A stretch of 41,550 nt of DNA from Limisphaerales bacterium. GTDB taxonomy: Bacteria > Verrucomicrobiota > Verrucomicrobiia > Limisphaerales > SIBE01. Below the pieces are notes generated by a model. That model saw nothing but the letters and a program-made list of their open reading frames with translations, ran no database searches and had not been told where the DNA came from. The DNA lies in contig JBGAIN010000061.1 in the NCBI GenBank assembly GCA_044225505.1, positions 1 through 41,550 on the forward strand, written 5' to 3'. The position numbers and the translations under genes are program-made. Within the stretch, counting starts at the first letter, position 1. Each line of letters opens with the position of its first letter. Positions 38,217-41,550 of the stretch are shown here, piece by piece.

Positions 38217-38736
38217 AACAATGGAGCGTGTTCAGCTTGCGGCGAACCGTTTTCAAGGCTGTGTGCAAGAGAAAGCCGACGTTGCTGACCGAGAGACCGG
38301 TAATCCGGCTGATCTCCTCATAGCGAAATCCCTCTTGGAGTTTTAGCCGGACCACTTCCCGCTGGTTCTTGGGAAGCTGTTGGATCAGGCCCAGGATCTG
38401 ACCGGTTGTCTCCCGTCTTTCGAGCTCGCCAGCCGGCGATAATTCTCCGGTCGCGCACCGCTCCAAGTCTTCTGCCTCCAACGGCTCAACCCGGTTTTCC
38501 TTTCTAAGAACATCCAGCGCGCGATTTCGGCAGACCCGAAACAGCCATTCTGCCAGGTAAGGTTCGACCTTGGAACGAGGCTCCCGGCATAGCTTAAGAA
38601 ACGTCTCCTGAACCACATCCCGGGCCCGTTCGGGGTCGCACGTGATTCCCGCGGCATAGCGAACGAGCGGGCGTTCATAACGCTGCAGCGCCTGCCGTAT
38701 CCATTCGCTCGCGCTCTCGTCGCTCCCGTCGTTCAT
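38200..38736 (-). CDS. ECF (sigma-70 group 4) RNA polymerase sigma factor
   Basis: ARDVVQETFLKL, WLFRVCRNRALD, LPKNQREVVRL..G.RYEEIS.ITGLS; overlaps the vWA gene by 17 bp. Confidence 0.95.
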   Translation of the reverse strand: MNDGSDESASEWIRQALQRYERPLVRYAAGITCDPERARDVVQETFLKLCREPRSKVEPYLAEWLFRVCRNRALDVLRKENRVEPLEAEDLERCATGELSPAGELERRETTGQILGLIQQLPKNQREVVRLKLQEGFRYEEISRITGLSVSNVGFLLHTALKTVRRKLNTLHCYENRA

Positions 38737-38767
38737 AGACGTCTCATGCACATTGGCCTCTGCTGAG

Positions 38768-38794
38768 ACAACGCGCGAGCCGGGATTTTCTTAG
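38768..38794 (-). promoter_or_regulatory. Putative ECF-dependent (autoregulatory) promoter CTAAG-N16-CGTTGT
   Basis: The minus strand reads CTAAG aaaatcccggctcgcg CGTTGT about 30 nt upstream of the sigma ATG. The CGT-containing -10 and 16-bp spacer fit ECF promoter architecture. Confidence 0.45.
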
Positions 38795-38837
38795 TAACTA
38801 TTTCTTCAAGGCCATCACCGCGGCCGACTAGGAATAC

Positions 38838-38906
38838 CTAGTGTTGTCGCGCCAGTTCCAACCACTGCTGAAACCATCCTGAATCTTCCCACGTGTTCAT
38901 GGTCAT
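38838..38906 (-). CDS. Putative small peptide MTMNTWEDSGWFQQWLELARQH
   Basis: AGGAG at 38914-38910 lies 9 nt before ATG 38900 (in-frame ATG also at 38906); TAG at 38840-38838. Below the ORF-track length cutoff. Confidence 0.4.
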   Translation of the reverse strand: MTMNTWEDSGWFQQWLELARQH

Positions 38907-39162
38907 TCGCTCCTAAGGTTTAAGGATTCTGCCGCACCGCCCAAACCGCTATGCCCCCTCTTCAGAATACGGTCCAACTCCCCTGAATCTGTCGTGGTAT
39001 TGCTTTTGGTTTCGGTTTTGAGAAAGTGCCTGTGCAACCCTGTTCACCTGTTGATACCGGTAAGATCGAAAACCTTCTGCGAATCGATGTCGCGCTCCTC
39101 GGCCAGCCCCCTTCCCTCAACACCACGCAACCCAACTCCGTGAGACCGCGAAACGATACTTT

Positions 39163-41139
39163 ATGATGCGCCTTCTCCCTCAGATTCTTTTCTTCCCCCT
39201 CGTTGTCCTGCTCGGCTCACTAGCCGAAACCCGCGCCGATATCACGCTGCAGTCGCTTCTGGAAGAGATGATCGACTTTACTGCCGTCGCGCGTTGGCCC
39301 GACGCTGAATTCACCTGTAAACAGGCCAGCAGCTACGATCGCGAGACCATCGCCCCCGACCAACCGGGCTGGTTCGCCAACAGCGATCAAAACCAGTTCA
39401 TCCGCGTTGAAACACGTCAGGGCCGCACGGAAAAGGTGATGCTGGACGCCGATGGCCCCGGCTGTGTCGTCCGTTTCTGGCTCACGACGGACCGGAACAA
39501 GAAAGGCACTCTCCGATTCTATCTCGATGGCGCCGCCGAACCGGCTTTGGAGTTCCCCGCCTACGACCTGCTCAGCGGCAATCTCCGCATCGGACCGCCT
39601 TTGGTGCAACCACACCCTGGGTACCGGCCGGATAGCAATGGGGGAAATAACTTTTACCTCCCGATCCCCTATGCTCGCCATTGCAAAGTCACCTGGGAAG
39701 AGTCCGGTCAAAGCTCCCGCTACTATCAGATCAATTACCGGACTTACGCCCCAGCGACGGCGGTGCAGACCTTCTCGACCGCAGCGCTGGACGCGGCTCG
39801 ACCGTTGATCGAACAGGTCAATCGTGCGTTGCTGACACCCCCCGCGCCCGCTGGGCAGACTCTGTCAACCAATGTCGACCTCGCCGCTGGGCACGAGTAT
39901 TCCCTGCCCTTGCCGCCAGGGCCCGCCGCTGTCCGGCAGCTCGAACTGCGTGTCCCGCCCAGCGCATTGACGTCACCAGAACGGGACCTTCGTTCCTTAG
40001 TACTCCGCATGACCGTTGATGGTGAGCCGTCCGTCTGGTGCCCCGTCACCGACTTCTTCGGCAGCGGTGTGGGCTTGAACTCCGTCCAAAGTTGGTATCG
40101 GACCGTCATCACCAACGGCGTCATGATCTGCCGATGGGTCATGCCTTACGAGAAAACCGCCTCGCTCTCACTCGTCAACCTCGGTGAACACGCGATTCAG
40201 GTCTCTCTGCAAACGATCCTTAATCCCTGGACTTGGGACCCGCGTTCCATGCACTTTCACGCCACGTGGCACTACGAAGCCGGGCTTGCGCTCTACAATC
40301 CCGTCGCGACGTGGTACGGCGAAGGGGATGAGAAGATCTGGGTGGATGGCGAGTCGTTTCCCTCACACGTCGGCACCGGGACCGAGGACTATTATGGCTA
40401 CTCCTATGCCCCCAAACCCGTGCACCAAACGCCGTTCTGTGCCGAACCACGGATCGATCAGCCGATGACGCAAGGTCACAACACTTCCACGCGAACCCGC
40501 AACCTCGATGGCATCCCGTTCCGTCGTTCGCTTCAATTTGACATGGAACTGATCTCCTGGAAGCCAACTACACTAACCTACGCCGCAACAACTTACTGGT
40601 ATTCCTTCCCAGGCACCGCTGCGTCCGTCCAACCCCAACCCCGGGAAGCTGCCCTCCCCATTCCCACGCTATCCGATGCCGTCGCCGCGGCTGTTCCCGC
40701 TCGTAAACCAGGCGCTGTAGAGTGTGAATCCATGACGGTGCGCTCCAAGTCCACCGACTTTTCCGTGAGAGAGCAGGTCATGGACCCGTTCGGCGGCGAA
40801 CGTTGGAGCAACGGCCGCCAGCTGCTCGGGGCGACCTCCCGTGTCGGTGACACTTTCGAAATCGAGTGGCCTGTCACGGATTCGAAGTCGCGTCGTCTGG
40901 TGCTCTACGCCACCCAAGCGCCCGATTACGGTACGCTCCGTTTCCGCATCAACGGTCAACTCGTCCAGGAAACGTTCGATGGCTATGCCAAAGAGGTGCA
41001 GCCTGCGGCGCCAATAGCGCTTGGAACCGTGGCGCCACTCGAAGGGAAGTACGCGCTACAAGTTGAAGTGATCGGGACTAATCCGGCGTCCAAAGGAATT
41101 AAGAATCTCGCCGGCTTGGATTGCGTTGTCATGGAATAA
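39163..41139 (+). CDS. Secreted DUF2961 (GH172-like) glycoside hydrolase with a C-terminal beta-sandwich domain
   Basis: Signal peptide, QASSYDR, DGPGCVVRFW, YLPIPY, DFFG, MPY, WYGEGDEKIWVDGE, GTGTEDYYG. Confidence 0.85.
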   Translation: MMRLLPQILFFPLVVLLGSLAETRADITLQSLLEEMIDFTAVARWPDAEFTCKQASSYDRETIAPDQPGWFANSDQNQFIRVETRQGRTEKVMLDADGPGCVVRFWLTTDRNKKGTLRFYLDGAAEPALEFPAYDLLSGNLRIGPPLVQPHPGYRPDSNGGNNFYLPIPYARHCKVTWEESGQSSRYYQINYRTYAPATAVQTFSTAALDAARPLIEQVNRALLTPPAPAGQTLSTNVDLAAGHEYSLPLPPGPAAVRQLELRVPPSALTSPERDLRSLVLRMTVDGEPSVWCPVTDFFGSGVGLNSVQSWYRTVITNGVMICRWVMPYEKTASLSLVNLGEHAIQVSLQTILNPWTWDPRSMHFHATWHYEAGLALYNPVATWYGEGDEKIWVDGESFPSHVGTGTEDYYGYSYAPKPVHQTPFCAEPRIDQPMTQGHNTSTRTRNLDGIPFRRSLQFDMELISWKPTTLTYAATTYWYSFPGTAASVQPQPREAALPIPTLSDAVAAAVPARKPGAVECESMTVRSKSTDFSVREQVMDPFGGERWSNGRQLLGATSRVGDTFEIEWPVTDSKSRRLVLYATQAPDYGTLRFRINGQLVQETFDGYAKEVQPAAPIALGTVAPLEGKYALQVEVIGTNPASKGIKNLAGLDCVVME

Positions 41140-41168
41140 CTTAGCATTTCGGCGCGACGCCCAGAGGC

Positions 41169-41443
41169 CTAGTGTGGTGACCGCTAAGTCCTTGCACTTT
41201 CGCGGCGAGGGTTTTTGCGCGCCCGCAAGGCGCGAGCGAGGCGCATACCCGTAGCGGTCTGGAACGAGCGAGGAACGCGGCAGGCGCGCGAAAGAACCGC
41301 CGCCCAAAGGGTTGCGCTGAAAAGGGTCCTGGCTTCGTTGCTCCTCGGTCAGAGAGCGCGGCGGCTATCCTCCGTCGTCGCGCCTCGCCAGGACCCGTTT
41401 TGAGCGCAACGAAAGTATAAGGACTTAGCGATCACCACACTAG
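41169..41443. mobile_element. Non-autonomous MITE, 275 bp, with 34-bp terminal inverted repeats that begin and end in CTAG
   Basis: CTAGTGTGGTGACCGCTAAGTCCTTGCACTTTCG (41169-41202) versus the reverse complement of 41410-41443 (CTAGTGTGGTGATCGCTAAGTCCTTATACTTTCG): 31/34 identical. No credible coding capacity. Confidence 0.85.
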
Positions 41444-41550
41444 CGCCAGAGACACAGGCTGTAGGCACTGATCGCAAATTGATCGCCTCCGCTACCCTCA
41501 AGTCATCCGACTCCAGGAATCACGATGGAACTCCTGAAATAGGTTCCGGG

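Noticed and set aside
38838..38851. CTAGTGTTGTCGCG resembling the MITE end CTAGTGTGGTGACC
   Set aside because: The match is short and no partner inverted repeat was found; it is better explained as the end of the small ORF or chance.
41215..41403. 62-aa Arg-rich ORF as a possible mini-transposase
   Set aside because: It lies within the MITE hairpins and has no DDE or HUH motif or credible start.
41503..41550. Possible 3' end of a minus-strand gene (PGTYFRSSIVIPGVG-stop)
   Set aside because: Only 16 codons are visible at the window edge, too little to support a call.
1..41550. CRISPR array, tRNA/rRNA, integrase or known defence systems
   Set aside because: No regularly spaced repeats, cloverleaf/rRNA signatures or recognisable recombinase/defence motifs were seen on manual reading; a covariance-model scan was not possible.

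Overview
A gene-dense (~58% GC by eye) chromosomal segment, most likely from a Verrucomicrobiota metagenome-assembled genome (Pedosphaera/Limisphaera-like). This is inferred from the [23 protein letters not shown] prepilin-like gene, the SSTDL..W..FYRA C-terminal domain and the PDH lipoyl motif. Housekeeping and metabolic content: 5' part of uvrA, glgC, a thioesterase/RbsD-FucU/TIM-barrel/beta-helix/EamA run, a PHP-type metallohydrolase, Hsp15, an HrpB-like helicase, a NarL-type regulator with yqjD/E/K-like genes, aceE-aceF-lpdA with a divergent lipoate ligase, uxaC, three tandem CNNM/CBS genes, a rhomboid, a prepilin-like protein, a beta-propeller phosphoesterase, a URO-D/MtaA-family protein, an ECF sigma with an anti-sigma-vWA partner and a DUF2961-type glycosidase. 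Most notable: (1) the full-length HrpB has a degenerate RecA1 domain (DEFH changed to DDFQ, plus motif Ia/Ib changes) and sits head-to-head with Hsp15; (2) a 275-bp CTAG-bounded MITE carries two inverted copies of a purine-mismatch-rich hairpin module; (3) an unannotated Trp-rich 20-22 aa ORF with a strong RBS lies upstream of the ECF sigma/vWA pair; (4) three deletion-like junctions (GH9 chimera, TIM barrel, DUF2961) could be real or assembly misjoins, as the scaffold has two N gaps of evidently wrong size. No rRNA, tRNA or CRISPR array was seen.
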